A stretch of 64,000 nt of DNA, taken from positions 210 through 64,209 of the forward strand of contig DASXFX010000054.1 in NCBI GenBank assembly GCA_036489375.1, written 5' to 3'. The notes beneath the pieces are model-generated. The model saw nothing but the letters and a program-made list of their open reading frames with translations, searched no databases and had not been told where the DNA came from. The position numbers and the translations under genes are program-made. This DNA is from Candidatus Binataceae bacterium (GTDB taxonomy: Bacteria; Desulfobacterota; Binatia; Binatales; Binataceae). This document shows positions 26,259-35,815 of this stretch, in pieces; positions within the stretch are counted from its first letter, which is position 1; each line of letters starts with the position of its first letter.

Positions 26259-28544
26259 TCATGTCGATGGCAGTCGGTCGTCTGCCATGAAGTGATCGAG
26301 GACGTTTGCGGTGATGCGCGATACGTTGTTGTCGTAGTTGTTATGCGAGAGGCTGCCGCACCACGCAATTGAACCAGTCGAGAACACCGCTCCGCCACCT
26401 AGCGTCGGGAAGTACACGATATCGGCACGAACGCCTGGATCCTGCGTTCCCCCGGCCCCGGGGTAAGTGAATAGGATCTCTTCCACCACTCGCTGATAGC
26501 TATCGGAGTGCCCTTCGGACGTCGCAACCAATCTCGCATTGGCCGGCGTACCGAGTGACAGGTCATAGCGGTCCACTTCGTGCCCGGCCGCACCTCCTCC
26601 GACCAGGCCGAAATCGCCGATCAATTCATCGTCAGGAACGCCGTCAAAGATAAACCGAGTGTCGTGGTCACGGCTGTCGGGCATGCGCCGGTAGCTCGAA
26701 GAGTAGTCGAAGCCTTGTGCGGCGAAGCCAACCCCAACCAGCTTTTGCGGTGGTCGCGCGCGATTGCGCCAAACCCCACCACGCTCTCCCGTAGTACTAT
26801 GGTAATACTCACCTGGCCGCGCCTGCCAGGCGCGAGAGCCGCCTTCCCCTTTTCGAACCTCAATCAAGTGGGGCTTTCCAGGAAAATAGGAAGTCACCCA
26901 GTAAAAGCCATTGCCTCCAAGATACATCAGTCGGCCACCCGCAATCAGGAACGTTTCCAACGCATCGAGCATCGCTGACGAATAGTACTCAGGGTGCGTT
27001 CCAGTGATCACAACCTTGTAGCTATTTATTAACGTGGTTCCTTCGAGATGCAGGTCTTCGTCCGTGATCACGTCGTAGGCGTAAGCCTTCGCCTCCAGCC
27101 AACCGACGAGATCGAGATCGGCTGCGAAGCCCCATAGCGAGCCGGTCTCATGACGGTAGTTCGGCCGCATGTTCGGTATTGGTCGCAAGCGACTCGAGTA
27201 ACAAACGCCGCTGCCGTCGGAGTGCACGTCATAAGTGGACAGCGCTAGTTCCGGATGCTCGTATAGGTATAGATCCTGCTGCTGAACGACCGCCGTACGC
27301 CCTATGATTGCTTCAATGCCTGCGCCCACCCCCATATGCTCGTTGGCATAAGCCATATAGCTAGCGGTCGGTGCAAGAAAAGCGATCTTCGCGGTAGGCC
27401 GTGCAGTAACTGGTCGCACGAAGAACGGGATATAGTCGATCGCATCGCGAATACGTAACCGTGCCGCATAAGCACCAGAGCGCATCGAATCCGCGATCTC
27501 CAGTTCAAAGTCTGGCTTCCAGTCGGCGTCTTCAAGGTCGTCATCGTGAAAGTGAATCGCGCCATATTCCGCAGGGGCATGGATGAAATGCTCACTTCGG
27601 CCGGCCCAGGTATGACCGGTCATCCCCCGCGCCGGCATATTGATACAACGGCCGTTCAGGTTATTGCCCGAAGTATCGGTTACCTTGTCGCTTGCGATGC
27701 TTGATGAAGCGATCTCATTCGCGAAGTCCCATCGAGCTATAGGTCCTACGCCTCCCGCTTCTCTACCTGTAGCCAAGGCGTCAAATTCAGCCGCACCTAA
27801 TGCGCGAGCATAAACACAAGGCCGGTCAATCTTGCCATTGTAATGCCCATCGACGATCGTTGCCCCGGTGGCTGACGACCCCGAGGCCCACCCGGCGAAC
27901 ACCATTTGGGATTCCGCAGAAAACTTGATTTGTTGGGTGATAGTCTCGTGCGTGATCGGAGCGGGCAAGATCGCGACTGGTCCGACCAAAGAATTGACGG
28001 AGTTCACTAATGGCCGAAGGTCAATGATCGCGCGGCCAGTGGAACTATCGTAGCTTGTGCCCGCTGAATACCAGACGTTGTCCAGAAGCGGAGTCGGCGC
28101 CGCAACGCGCAGGGAATGACCGACACCGTCGCCAATCCATAGGGCCAGTTGCCTTTGCTCATCGATCACCATCGCCCAACCCATGCGCAACTCGGGATCC
28201 CATCGGGCGAGAATCCCTTGCGCTCCCTTGCCGGCTGTCGTCGGCATTATGAATGCGTGCAGCGTAATCGCTATACCAAGATTCAGCAGCTGGGCCGGAT
28301 CGTCGATCAGAACGTGGGAGCCGGCATATACCGGTTGGTATCTCGCAGGATATTCATTACTGATCGATGTCTCGATTAGCTCTTCTTTGGGTCCGGGGCC
28401 CTTCGGGTTAGTGTCACCACGGATCAGGCGAACGATATCCGCTCGATAGGACGTTCCGCCTTCCGCGCTAACCATGAAACGGATCCGTTGGCCGGAACTC
28501 ACACTAATGCGATCGCTGTACCCATGAATGGATTCGCTGGACAT
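26259..28544 (-). CDS. N,N-dimethylformamidase large (beta) subunit-family protein
   Basis: 761 aa. The N-terminal IHGYSDRISVSSGQRIRFMVS, the length and the C-terminal SIAWCGSL region resemble the DMFase large-subunit family. The call is from memory, not from an alignment. Confidence 0.65.
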   Translation of the reverse strand: MSSESIHGYSDRISVSSGQRIRFMVSAEGGTSYRADIVRLIRGDTNPKGPGPKEELIETSISNEYPARYQPVYAGSHVLIDDPAQLLNLGIAITLHAFIMPTTAGKGAQGILARWDPELRMGWAMVIDEQRQLALWIGDGVGHSLRVAAPTPLLDNVWYSAGTSYDSSTGRAIIDLRPLVNSVNSLVGPVAILPAPITHETITQQIKFSAESQMVFAGWASGSSATGATIVDGHYNGKIDRPCVYARALGAAEFDALATGREAGGVGPIARWDFANEIASSSIASDKVTDTSGNNLNGRCINMPARGMTGHTWAGRSEHFIHAPAEYGAIHFHDDDLEDADWKPDFELEIADSMRSGAYAARLRIRDAIDYIPFFVRPVTARPTAKIAFLAPTASYMAYANEHMGVGAGIEAIIGRTAVVQQQDLYLYEHPELALSTYDVHSDGSGVCYSSRLRPIPNMRPNYRHETGSLWGFAADLDLVGWLEAKAYAYDVITDEDLHLEGTTLINSYKVVITGTHPEYYSSAMLDALETFLIAGGRLMYLGGNGFYWVTSYFPGKPHLIEVRKGEGGSRAWQARPGEYYHSTTGERGGVWRNRARPPQKLVGVGFAAQGFDYSSSYRRMPDSRDHDTRFIFDGVPDDELIGDFGLVGGGAAGHEVDRYDLSLGTPANARLVATSEGHSDSYQRVVEEILFTYPGAGGTQDPGVRADIVYFPTLGGGAVFSTGSIAWCGSLSHNNYDNNVSRITANVLDHFMADDRLPST

Positions 28545-28579
28545 GGCTCTCGTCCCTGATAGTCGCGTGCTGAAGCTGC

Positions 28580-28939
28580 CTAGCGCCGATTCAATTCTTC
28601 GATTCGCATGAGGAATACCGCGTGCATCGCCTTGGCTTCGGAATCAAACGATCGGTCATCGACGAACGTCGGTGCCTGCCCTCGAACCTTGGAAGTACGG
28701 GCAATTCGCCACTGTTCAAACGGCCGCGTACAGACCAACAGATACTTTCCGTTTGGGGCCGTGCGTCTGATCAAATTCAGCACGCGCTTCAATGCGTCGC
28801 TGTGATTTCCAAGGGGATCCCGCTCGTGTTCGGCAATGATTTTCGTCGTAAGCAGTGACCGAATTGCTTCACGAATTCGTCCGTACCACATTTGGAACAC
28901 GACTTCGCCACGGTCAGAGATGGCGCTAGTCTCTCTCAT
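28580..28939 (-). CDS. small protein immediately upstream of the DMFase-like large subunit (candidate small/alpha subunit)
   Basis: 119 aa, lying 35 nt upstream of the large-subunit gene on the same strand. Size and position match the dmfA1-dmfA2 layout. I cannot verify sequence similarity. Confidence 0.4.
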   Translation of the reverse strand: MRETSAISDRGEVVFQMWYGRIREAIRSLLTTKIIAEHERDPLGNHSDALKRVLNLIRRTAPNGKYLLVCTRPFEQWRIARTSKVRGQAPTFVDDRSFDSEAKAMHAVFLMRIEELNRR

Positions 28940-28978
28940 CGATCCCTACCTCGCACTCATTCGGGCGCCGATAGCAAC

Positions 28979-29407
28979 TCAAGCGAAAGTTCCCTCAGGG
29001 TAGTCGGGAAAGCAGGCGATCCCTTCCTGCAGCTTGAGCCACGGCTGCCCTTCCGAACACCAAATACTAAAAGTTGGTTTGACCTTATTTTTGTCATCGA
29101 GCGTTCCACCCATCATGGAACGAATCTCAGGAAAGCGGTCGAGCGTGATCGAAATGGCGGAACCGCAGACCGGACAAAAGTGACGCCGCAGCCGCTTGCC
29201 ATCGGTTTCGAACTCGAAGGTCGCCAGCCTTCCCTCGATCATAACGGCGTCCTTCGGAAAAACCACGCCAATCAAAAACGAGGATCCAGACTGTCGCTGA
29301 CAGCGGCGGCACTGGCACAGCCCGATGGACATCGGTTCGCCTTCATAGCGATACCGTACCGAGCCACACAGACATCCACCAGTCCCGCCCGAATTCACGT
29401 CAGCCAT
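28979..29407 (-). CDS. GFA-family (CENP-V/glutathione-dependent formaldehyde-activating-like) zinc protein
   Basis: It shows the GGCLCGSVRY...CQCRRCQRQSGS...CPVCG cysteine pattern of the GFA domain. Confidence 0.85.
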   Translation of the reverse strand: MADVNSGGTGGCLCGSVRYRYEGEPMSIGLCQCRRCQRQSGSSFLIGVVFPKDAVMIEGRLATFEFETDGKRLRRHFCPVCGSAISITLDRFPEIRSMMGGTLDDKNKVKPTFSIWCSEGQPWLKLQEGIACFPDYPEGTFA

Positions 29408-29500
29408 GATGATTCTCCCTGACCCCGCGAGTGGCCGTCCAGTCGATCTCTATGCCGATACGTTACAAGTGACTCCAACCCAATACTGGCACAGCTCCAC

Positions 29501-30661
29501 TTAGTATGACCTGGGCATTCCGAGTAGATGCTCACCGACGAAGCTCAAAATCAAATTGTTCGAAATCGGAGCGGTGCGGTAGAGGCGCGCCTCCCGCCAC
29601 TTGCGCTCGACATGATATTCCTTCGCAAAACCGTATCCGCCGAGCGTGTTCAACGCCGCCTCTCCGGCCTCCCATGCTGCCTCGGAAGCCAGGTACTTGG
29701 TCATATTGGCTTCCGCGCCACACGGCAATCCGGCATCGAATAAAGTCGCCGCCTTAAACCTCATCAAGCTTGCTGCTTCCACTGCCACGTGAGCCTTGGC
29801 AATCGGGAACTGTACGCCCTGATTCATCCCGATGGGTCGTTCGAATACCCGTCGCTCGTTTGCGTACTTGACTGAGTATTCGACGAACCAGCGGCCGTCG
29901 CCGACTGATTCACTGCCGACCAAAATTCGCTCCGCGTTGAGTGAACTAAGTACATACGAAAATCCCCTGCCCTCTTCGCCGATCAGCGCCTCGCGCGGCA
30001 GGATGAGATTATCGATGAAGAGCTGGTTGGTCCCGTGATTCACCATAGTGGCAATAGGTACTGCCTTGATCGCATGGCCAGTCTCTTTCAGATCCACCAG
30101 GAATAGGCTCATTCCGTCGGTCTTCTTCTTGACCTGCTCAAAAGGAGTGGTTCGAGTAAGCAATAGCAGCATGTCAGAATGCTGATAGCGCGAAGTAAAG
30201 ATCTTCTGTCCATTGACTACATACTGATCGCCCTCGCGGCGTGCGAACGTCTTGATCCGGGGCGTTTCAGAACCCGCATCCGGCTCGGTGATACCAAAAG
30301 ATTGCAGTCGTAATTCCCCCGACGCGATCCGCGGCAAATAACGCTGCTTCTGCGCAGCGCTACCATGCTTGAGGATCGACGCCATCGTGTACATCTGCGC
30401 GTGACATGCAACGGCGTTGCCGCCACTGCGATTAATCTCTTCAAGAATCAGGGAGGCCTCCAGCATCCCGAGTCCTGCACCGCCATATTCCTGAGGAATC
30501 AACGCCGCCAGCCAACCCGCCGCACTCAGCGTCTTGACGAATTCTTCCGGATACGCACCCTTCTCATCACACTGGCGCCAGTAGTCATTGCCGAACCGCG
30601 CGCACAACGCAGTCACGGCGTCCCGGATTTCCTTCTGACTATCGGACAACTCAAACTCCAT
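29501..30661 (-). CDS. acyl-CoA dehydrogenase
   Basis: 386 aa, with ITEPDAGSE and the C-terminal GGYGFAKEYHVERKWREARLY. Confidence 0.9.
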   Translation of the reverse strand: MEFELSDSQKEIRDAVTALCARFGNDYWRQCDEKGAYPEEFVKTLSAAGWLAALIPQEYGGAGLGMLEASLILEEINRSGGNAVACHAQMYTMASILKHGSAAQKQRYLPRIASGELRLQSFGITEPDAGSETPRIKTFARREGDQYVVNGQKIFTSRYQHSDMLLLLTRTTPFEQVKKKTDGMSLFLVDLKETGHAIKAVPIATMVNHGTNQLFIDNLILPREALIGEEGRGFSYVLSSLNAERILVGSESVGDGRWFVEYSVKYANERRVFERPIGMNQGVQFPIAKAHVAVEAASLMRFKAATLFDAGLPCGAEANMTKYLASEAAWEAGEAALNTLGGYGFAKEYHVERKWREARLYRTAPISNNLILSFVGEHLLGMPRSY

Positions 30662-30691
30662 CTAACTGCTCCATCGTCGCTGCTGTGCAAT

Positions 30692-31477
30692 CTAACGATT
30701 TTTCCAGACTGGTTTGCGCTTCTCGTTGAAGGCCGCGATACCCTCAAGCCGGTCTTCACTGCCTACGAGTACATTGTAACCGGCGATGTCGAGGGCATAG
30801 GCAGTACCAAAGTCGCAGTCCGTTCCGCGCCTTAGCGAAACCTTGGCCGCACGAACCGACATCGGCGCGCTCGCGACAATTTCAGTCGCAATCTCAAGCG
30901 CCGCCTCGAGTGCCGCGCCAGCCGGGACTACGCGATTGACCAACCCCCATTCATACGCGGTGTCTGCCTTTATCGCACGACCCGTATAGACCAGTTCGCT
31001 GGCGCGGCGAACCCCGATCGCGCGGGCAAGATGTTGCACGCCACCGCCGCCCGGCATGATCCCGCGAGTGATTTCCTTGAGCGCAAATTCAGCCGTCTCC
31101 GAGGCAACAATGAAATCTGTTCCCAACGCCAACTCGCAACCGCCAGCGTAAGCGAAGCCCTCAACCGCGGCGACGATCGGTACCGGAAATTTCCACAGAG
31201 CCTCGAACATCTCTTCGATCAAGTGATGTTGATGGCGCCACTGCTCGTTGGTCATTCCGTTACGTTCTTTCAGATCACCACCAGTTGAAAATGATCGAGT
31301 ACCCTCCCCTGTCATGACTACGGATCGCAATTGCGGGTTACTGGGCTGTTCGCGAAATAGCTGCAAAAGCTCAGTGATCATCTGCGTATTCATCGCATTC
31401 AACGCGCCGGGCCGATTCAGAGTCAAAACCGCGAGGCCGGGGGTGCCGGCATCCCAATCCAATTTCAGGGTTTCCAT
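30692..31477 (-). CDS. enoyl-CoA hydratase/isomerase
   Basis: 261 aa, with LTLNRPGALNAM, FSTGGDLK and AAVEGFAYAGGCEL. Confidence 0.9.
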   Translation of the reverse strand: METLKLDWDAGTPGLAVLTLNRPGALNAMNTQMITELLQLFREQPSNPQLRSVVMTGEGTRSFSTGGDLKERNGMTNEQWRHQHHLIEEMFEALWKFPVPIVAAVEGFAYAGGCELALGTDFIVASETAEFALKEITRGIMPGGGGVQHLARAIGVRRASELVYTGRAIKADTAYEWGLVNRVVPAGAALEAALEIATEIVASAPMSVRAAKVSLRRGTDCDFGTAYALDIAGYNVLVGSEDRLEGIAAFNEKRKPVWKNR

Positions 31478-31681
31478 TCCAGAACCTATGGTGCTCCAAC
31501 CGGAGGATTCAAACTAAATAACACAATGCGCAGGTAGTCATCGCGATGGCGCGATCTTCCTCAAACCGCTTTATGGATGACGATCTCGCTATGGCGGCAG
31601 AAACTGAAAAGCCGTTCTCCATCGATAAGTCACGAAAGCGAAAGGAGGGATATGCCGATCTTCACTATATCGTGGCTCCTC

Positions 31682-32896
31682 TTACACCCACCGAGGCACG
31701 ACGTCGGGCGCGATGCCAAATGCCATCTTTCCGATCAGGCCAAGTGTTTCATAACCGGCGATAGGATGTATGACGCCGGCCCGCACGTCCCGGTACATCT
31801 GTTCGAGCGGACTCGAACGCGAGATCGCTGCACCCCCCGCAATCCGCATTGCCTTATCCACCACGCCCATCGCGGTCTCAGTTACGAAATGCTTACAAGC
31901 GAGGAGATCCATGACTGGAGGATTGGCACGCAACGACGGTTCGCTGAGAGGGCTCGCCGTCTGTATCAACATCGCGCGCGCCGCTTTCAGACCTACTTCC
32001 ATCTCGGCAGCGAGAAACTGGTTGCCCGGGTAATGACTCACAGATCGGTCAAAGGGAATCTGGGTCCGCTCACTTGCCCAGTTGATTGCATAGTCCCGAG
32101 CTGCCTTAGCGATGCCTAGGTAACAGGCCGAAATTGAGGTCAGGAACCACGAGACGAAGATACTGTTGTAAGTGTCCCAAGTGCGCGCCGGCCGAGCTTT
32201 TACTTCACCCTCGGGTATGAATACATTTTCCCAGACGATGTCATGGCTGGCGGAGGCTCGGATGCTCATGGTATCCCAGTTGTTCTGGATTTTGATGCCG
32301 GGGGTGCCCGCGGGCATTGTAAAGAATAAACACAGCGGTCCCTTTACCGGATCGTCATAATGGGCGGTCTCTTCGAAGAAATTAGCGCAGACGCACAAGC
32401 TGCCAAAGCCGGCGCGGCCGTTGACCCGGTAGCCATCTTTAACTTTTTCTGCGCGCCGCGTAGTGTCATTGAGCCCAGCAAACCCAACCACAGTATTGAT
32501 CCTCGGGTCGCTCGTGCCCGAACATAATACGAGACCGTCTTGGGCGGCAGCCTCCAGAAATGACCTCTGACTTTCATCTCCCAAGCGCCACTGGTCGGCG
32601 CGGACCGCTACATTGAACAGATGCATATTGATCGCGACCGCGGTCGGTCCATCCCCTTGCGCCAGCCGCTCCTGCGCAAGGATGAAATCAAGCAAGCCAG
32701 CGCCGCCCCCACCTAGCTCCGACGGGAGCGTCATAGTCAGGTAGCCAGAGCGCTTCATTGCTTCGATATTTTCCAAGGGGAAGGAATTCTCGCGATCATG
32801 CTGTGAGACCCGGGTCTTGAAGTCATCGGCGTGGGTAGCGGCTAAGTTGAGAAATCGTTGTTGCCGCTCGACCGCTGTCATCTGCAGTTTCTTCAC
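31682..32896 (-). CDS. acyl-CoA dehydrogenase-family protein
   Basis: It follows the ACAD fold pattern (GGGGAGLLDF, MRIAGGAAISRSSPLEQMYRDVRAG). I prefer the GTG start at 32896, 7 nt after GGGAGG; the ORF is open to 32944. Confidence 0.8.
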   Translation of the reverse strand: MKKLQMTAVERQQRFLNLAATHADDFKTRVSQHDRENSFPLENIEAMKRSGYLTMTLPSELGGGGAGLLDFILAQERLAQGDGPTAVAINMHLFNVAVRADQWRLGDESQRSFLEAAAQDGLVLCSGTSDPRINTVVGFAGLNDTTRRAEKVKDGYRVNGRAGFGSLCVCANFFEETAHYDDPVKGPLCLFFTMPAGTPGIKIQNNWDTMSIRASASHDIVWENVFIPEGEVKARPARTWDTYNSIFVSWFLTSISACYLGIAKAARDYAINWASERTQIPFDRSVSHYPGNQFLAAEMEVGLKAARAMLIQTASPLSEPSLRANPPVMDLLACKHFVTETAMGVVDKAMRIAGGAAISRSSPLEQMYRDVRAGVIHPIAGYETLGLIGKMAFGIAPDVVPRWV

Positions 32897-33023
32897 GACG
32901 TTGCCTCCCATCCCATCAGGGTCTCGGTCAGGCAGATCACGCACCCGAGTAAGATTATGATGACGCTCAGTTTCCAGTCATACGGCTTTGCAGTTGCCTC
33001 GAAGTTTCAAGCCCATGCCAGAT

Positions 33024-34742
33024 TTAACCGCGACTGACACTCTGCGGACCGCGGACGACCTTACCGGGAAGCGCGCCGGTCGGCTGGCCGTCTTCGAAAG
33101 TAACCTCGCCGCTGACGATCGTGAATTTGTACCCGTCCGCTCTTTGCACGAAGCGTCGGCCGTTCGCCGGCAAATCGAAAACCATCTCCGGCGGATGCAG
33201 CCGCAGCTGTTCGAATTCGATCAGGTTGACGTCCGCCTTCATCCCCGGTGCGAGCGTCCCGCGGTCCTGCAGTCCGTAGAGCTGTGCGGTGTCGTGGGTC
33301 TGACGCTTTACTGCGAATTCGAGTGGAATGCGTTCGCCGCGGCGGCGATCGCGCACCCAATGCGTCAGCAGATAGGTGGGCATGCTGGCATCGCAGATCA
33401 CGCCGCAATGCGCACCGCCGTCACTCAGCGACAACACTGTATTCGGGTTGGCGAGCTGCGGCAGGATCGCATCGAAGGAGTAGTTCCTGTATGCCAGCGG
33501 CATATAGATGATTTCGCGGCCGTCGCGTTCGAGCAGTGTGTCATAGGCGATCTCCTGAGGCGTCCGGTGCGAACTCTTCGCGCGTTCCAGGATGCTCTTG
33601 TCGGCCGTCGGTTCGTAGTCCGGCGGATCGCCGAGCGAGAAGTGATGCTGGAAGCCGGCGACCATCCCGAGGGTCTGCTCCTCCTTCACTGCCGGCGCGT
33701 CATTGAGAATTTGTGCTCGCACTTGCGGGTCGCGCATCCGCGCTACGCGCTCGTCGTGATTGAGACCGGCCATCAACTGGCGATAGCTGCGGTGCGTGCT
33801 GAACGGATGTACCGAGCTTTGGAGGCTCATCAGCGACGCCGCCGGTCGCGCAGCAACTTGTGCGACCATGCGGCCGCCCTGCGCGTTGCTGCGTTCGATG
33901 AATTCCAAGATGCCACGCATCTTCATGCCGGAACGCCGCGAGATCAGCGCGGCAAGGGAAATCGGGCGGCCGGTTTCCGCCGATAGACGCGCCATCCATT
34001 CGAGGTCTGCATCGTCGCCGGTGATGTCAGAGATGATCTCGAACACTCCATGCCCGGCTTCGCCCAACGCGCGGCCGATCCCTAACATCTCGTCGATCGC
34101 GGCGAAGGTTCCCGGAACGTAGGCCTTGTCGCGCGTCCGATGCACCAGGGTTCGCGATGTGCTGACGCCCAGCGCTCCCGCCTTGACCCCATCGCGCACG
34201 ACCGCCGCCATGCGGGCGATGTCCTCGGCGGTCGCCGGTTGATTTTCAGCACCGCGCTCACCCATGACGTAGGCCCGCACCGCGCAATGCGGCACGTGCG
34301 TTCCCACGTCGAGCACTCGCTTCATCCGCGAAAGGGCGTCGAGGTACTCGGCGAACGATTCCCATTCGAAGTTGATACCCGCGGTCAGGGTCTCGGTTGG
34401 AATATCTTCGACGCCGTCCATCATGCTGATGAGAAATGCTTCTTTGCCGCGCCGGACCGGAGCGAAGCCGACTCCGCAATTGCCCATCACTAGAGTAGTG
34501 ACGCCGTGCCAGCTCGAAGGCGAGAGGTAAGGATCCCACGCCACCTGTCCATCATAATGAGTATGGATGTCGACCCAGCCGGGCGTCATCAGCAACCCGC
34601 TTGCATCAATTTCGCGACGGCCCGGACCGGCCTTTCCTCCAACGCTGACGATCTTTCCGTCGTCGATCGCGAGGTCGCCAACGAATCCGGGCGCGCCGGT
34701 ACCGTCGATGATTCTGCCATTACGAATTACCAGGTCATTCAT
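33024..34742 (-). CDS. N-acyl-D-amino-acid deacylase-family amidohydrolase
   Basis: It has DLVIRNGRIIDGTGAPGFVGDLAIDDGKIVSVG and the DIHTHYD metal motif. I prefer the start at MNDLVIRNG; the ORF is open to 34799. Confidence 0.85.
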   Translation of the reverse strand: MNDLVIRNGRIIDGTGAPGFVGDLAIDDGKIVSVGGKAGPGRREIDASGLLMTPGWVDIHTHYDGQVAWDPYLSPSSWHGVTTLVMGNCGVGFAPVRRGKEAFLISMMDGVEDIPTETLTAGINFEWESFAEYLDALSRMKRVLDVGTHVPHCAVRAYVMGERGAENQPATAEDIARMAAVVRDGVKAGALGVSTSRTLVHRTRDKAYVPGTFAAIDEMLGIGRALGEAGHGVFEIISDITGDDADLEWMARLSAETGRPISLAALISRRSGMKMRGILEFIERSNAQGGRMVAQVAARPAASLMSLQSSVHPFSTHRSYRQLMAGLNHDERVARMRDPQVRAQILNDAPAVKEEQTLGMVAGFQHHFSLGDPPDYEPTADKSILERAKSSHRTPQEIAYDTLLERDGREIIYMPLAYRNYSFDAILPQLANPNTVLSLSDGGAHCGVICDASMPTYLLTHWVRDRRRGERIPLEFAVKRQTHDTAQLYGLQDRGTLAPGMKADVNLIEFEQLRLHPPEMVFDLPANGRRFVQRADGYKFTIVSGEVTFEDGQPTGALPGKVVRGPQSVSRG

Positions 34743-34879
34743 TGGCGTGGCTCTCCAGCGATGCAGGTGTCGAGGATTTCCCTTGCCCGGGAACGCCAAG
34801 GCGGCCCCAAAGAAAAGTCCTCAACGAGCTTGACCGCGATTGTACCCGCATGGTGCAGCACCGCAAGGTTTGGTGCGGC

Positions 34880-35212
34880 TCATTTAGAGCCTTCGAACAC
34901 TTCCTTGGCGATTGACGCGGCCGTAATCGCCGTCGGCCATCCGGAGTAGAACGCCAAGTGAGTAATCAGCTCCCCGAGCTCATCCTTGGTCACGCCATTC
35001 TGGAGGGCGCGGCCCAAATGAGCGCGAAGCTGTTCTGGCCGATAGAGCGCGAGCAGAGCAGCGACTGTGATCAGGCTGCGATCGCGTTTGGAGAGACCCG
35101 GCCTCTCCCAGACGTCGCCAAAGACCACTTTCTCAGTCAAATCGATCAGTTTGGGCACGATTGGACGAAGCTTTTCGATCGGGCTGGATGGTTTCGGTGG
35201 TGTTGCACTCAT
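34880..35212 (-). CDS. carboxymuconolactone decarboxylase (AhpD-like) family protein
   Basis: 110 aa, with GDVWERPGLSKRDRSLITVAAL...LRAHL...G.TKDEL.E...HLAFYSGWP. Confidence 0.85.
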   Translation of the reverse strand: MSATPPKPSSPIEKLRPIVPKLIDLTEKVVFGDVWERPGLSKRDRSLITVAALLALYRPEQLRAHLGRALQNGVTKDELGELITHLAFYSGWPTAITAASIAKEVFEGSK

Positions 35213-35691
35213 AAGTGCCTCCTAGAATCGATTGGTTAGGCTCAATTCTAACTGCGCATGGGCAGAATCGAATTGCAACGAGCACTGAATCGACGAAGCG
35301 GCGGGGGTCTCTGGCCGTAGCGGCGCCGGCAGAATTCGTAATCGAGGTTGCGGCAGCAAAAGGTTGGCGAAGGTCGTAAAAATGGGTCCGTTCGCTAAAA
35401 AATAGGATTGCACCAAATCTCTGGTCCTGTTCCTCCCTACAAACAGCAGTATAGCATAACTGAAGGTCGCTGGATCGCTGTGTCGAAGATTTAACGGCGT
35501 TCGATCGCGCACTTCGCCGGCAGACCGATTTTCCTAGCTGGAAGCGAGGATGGTCTATATCCTTGCCCGAAGCGAAGATGGTCGTAAGCCAGCGCGACGT
35601 TTATGCCCTTCAACACGTGACCACGCCGATACTGCCCTGAAAAAGGGAGAATCCGATGCAGCGGTCATGGAGATGACGGACTAGTTCCGCA

Positions 35692-35815
35692 GACTTTACA
35701 CGTCGCTGAGCCTTACACATCAACACACGTCGCTGAGCCTTACACATCAACACACGTCGCCAGGGCCTTACACATCAACACACGTCGCAGGGCCATACAC
35801 ATCGACGATGTCAGC
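35692..35815. repeat. 27-bp tandem repeat (about 3 full and 2 degenerate copies), unit ccttacacatcaacacacgtcgctgag
   Basis: Full copies lie at 35711-35737 and 35738-35764, with a third starting about 35765-35766. A truncated copy precedes them at 35692-35710. A degenerate copy (ccatacacatcgacgatgtcagc) overlaps the stop codon of the 35811..36965 gene. Confidence 0.85.

Noticed and set aside
31489-31514. A sequence resembling a tRNA 3' end on the minus strand (gtttgaatcctccggttggagcacca), which could be a tRNA gene or an att-site scar
   Set aside because: The upstream sequence provides no complementary T-stem (tttag instead of ggagg) and no anticodon arm, D arm or acceptor 5' strand. There is no integrase or mobile-element gene nearby. 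The T-loop would also lack the conserved C56.
35222-35512. 96-aa minus-strand ORF in the long intergenic region
   Set aside because: It has no RBS or motif support and has low-complexity composition. I treat it as non-coding, while flagging the region itself as a finding.
35692-35815. Possible CRISPR array
   Set aside because: The 27-bp units are directly contiguous with no spacers. There are only about 3-5 copies, and no cas genes lie nearby. It is a simple tandem repeat.
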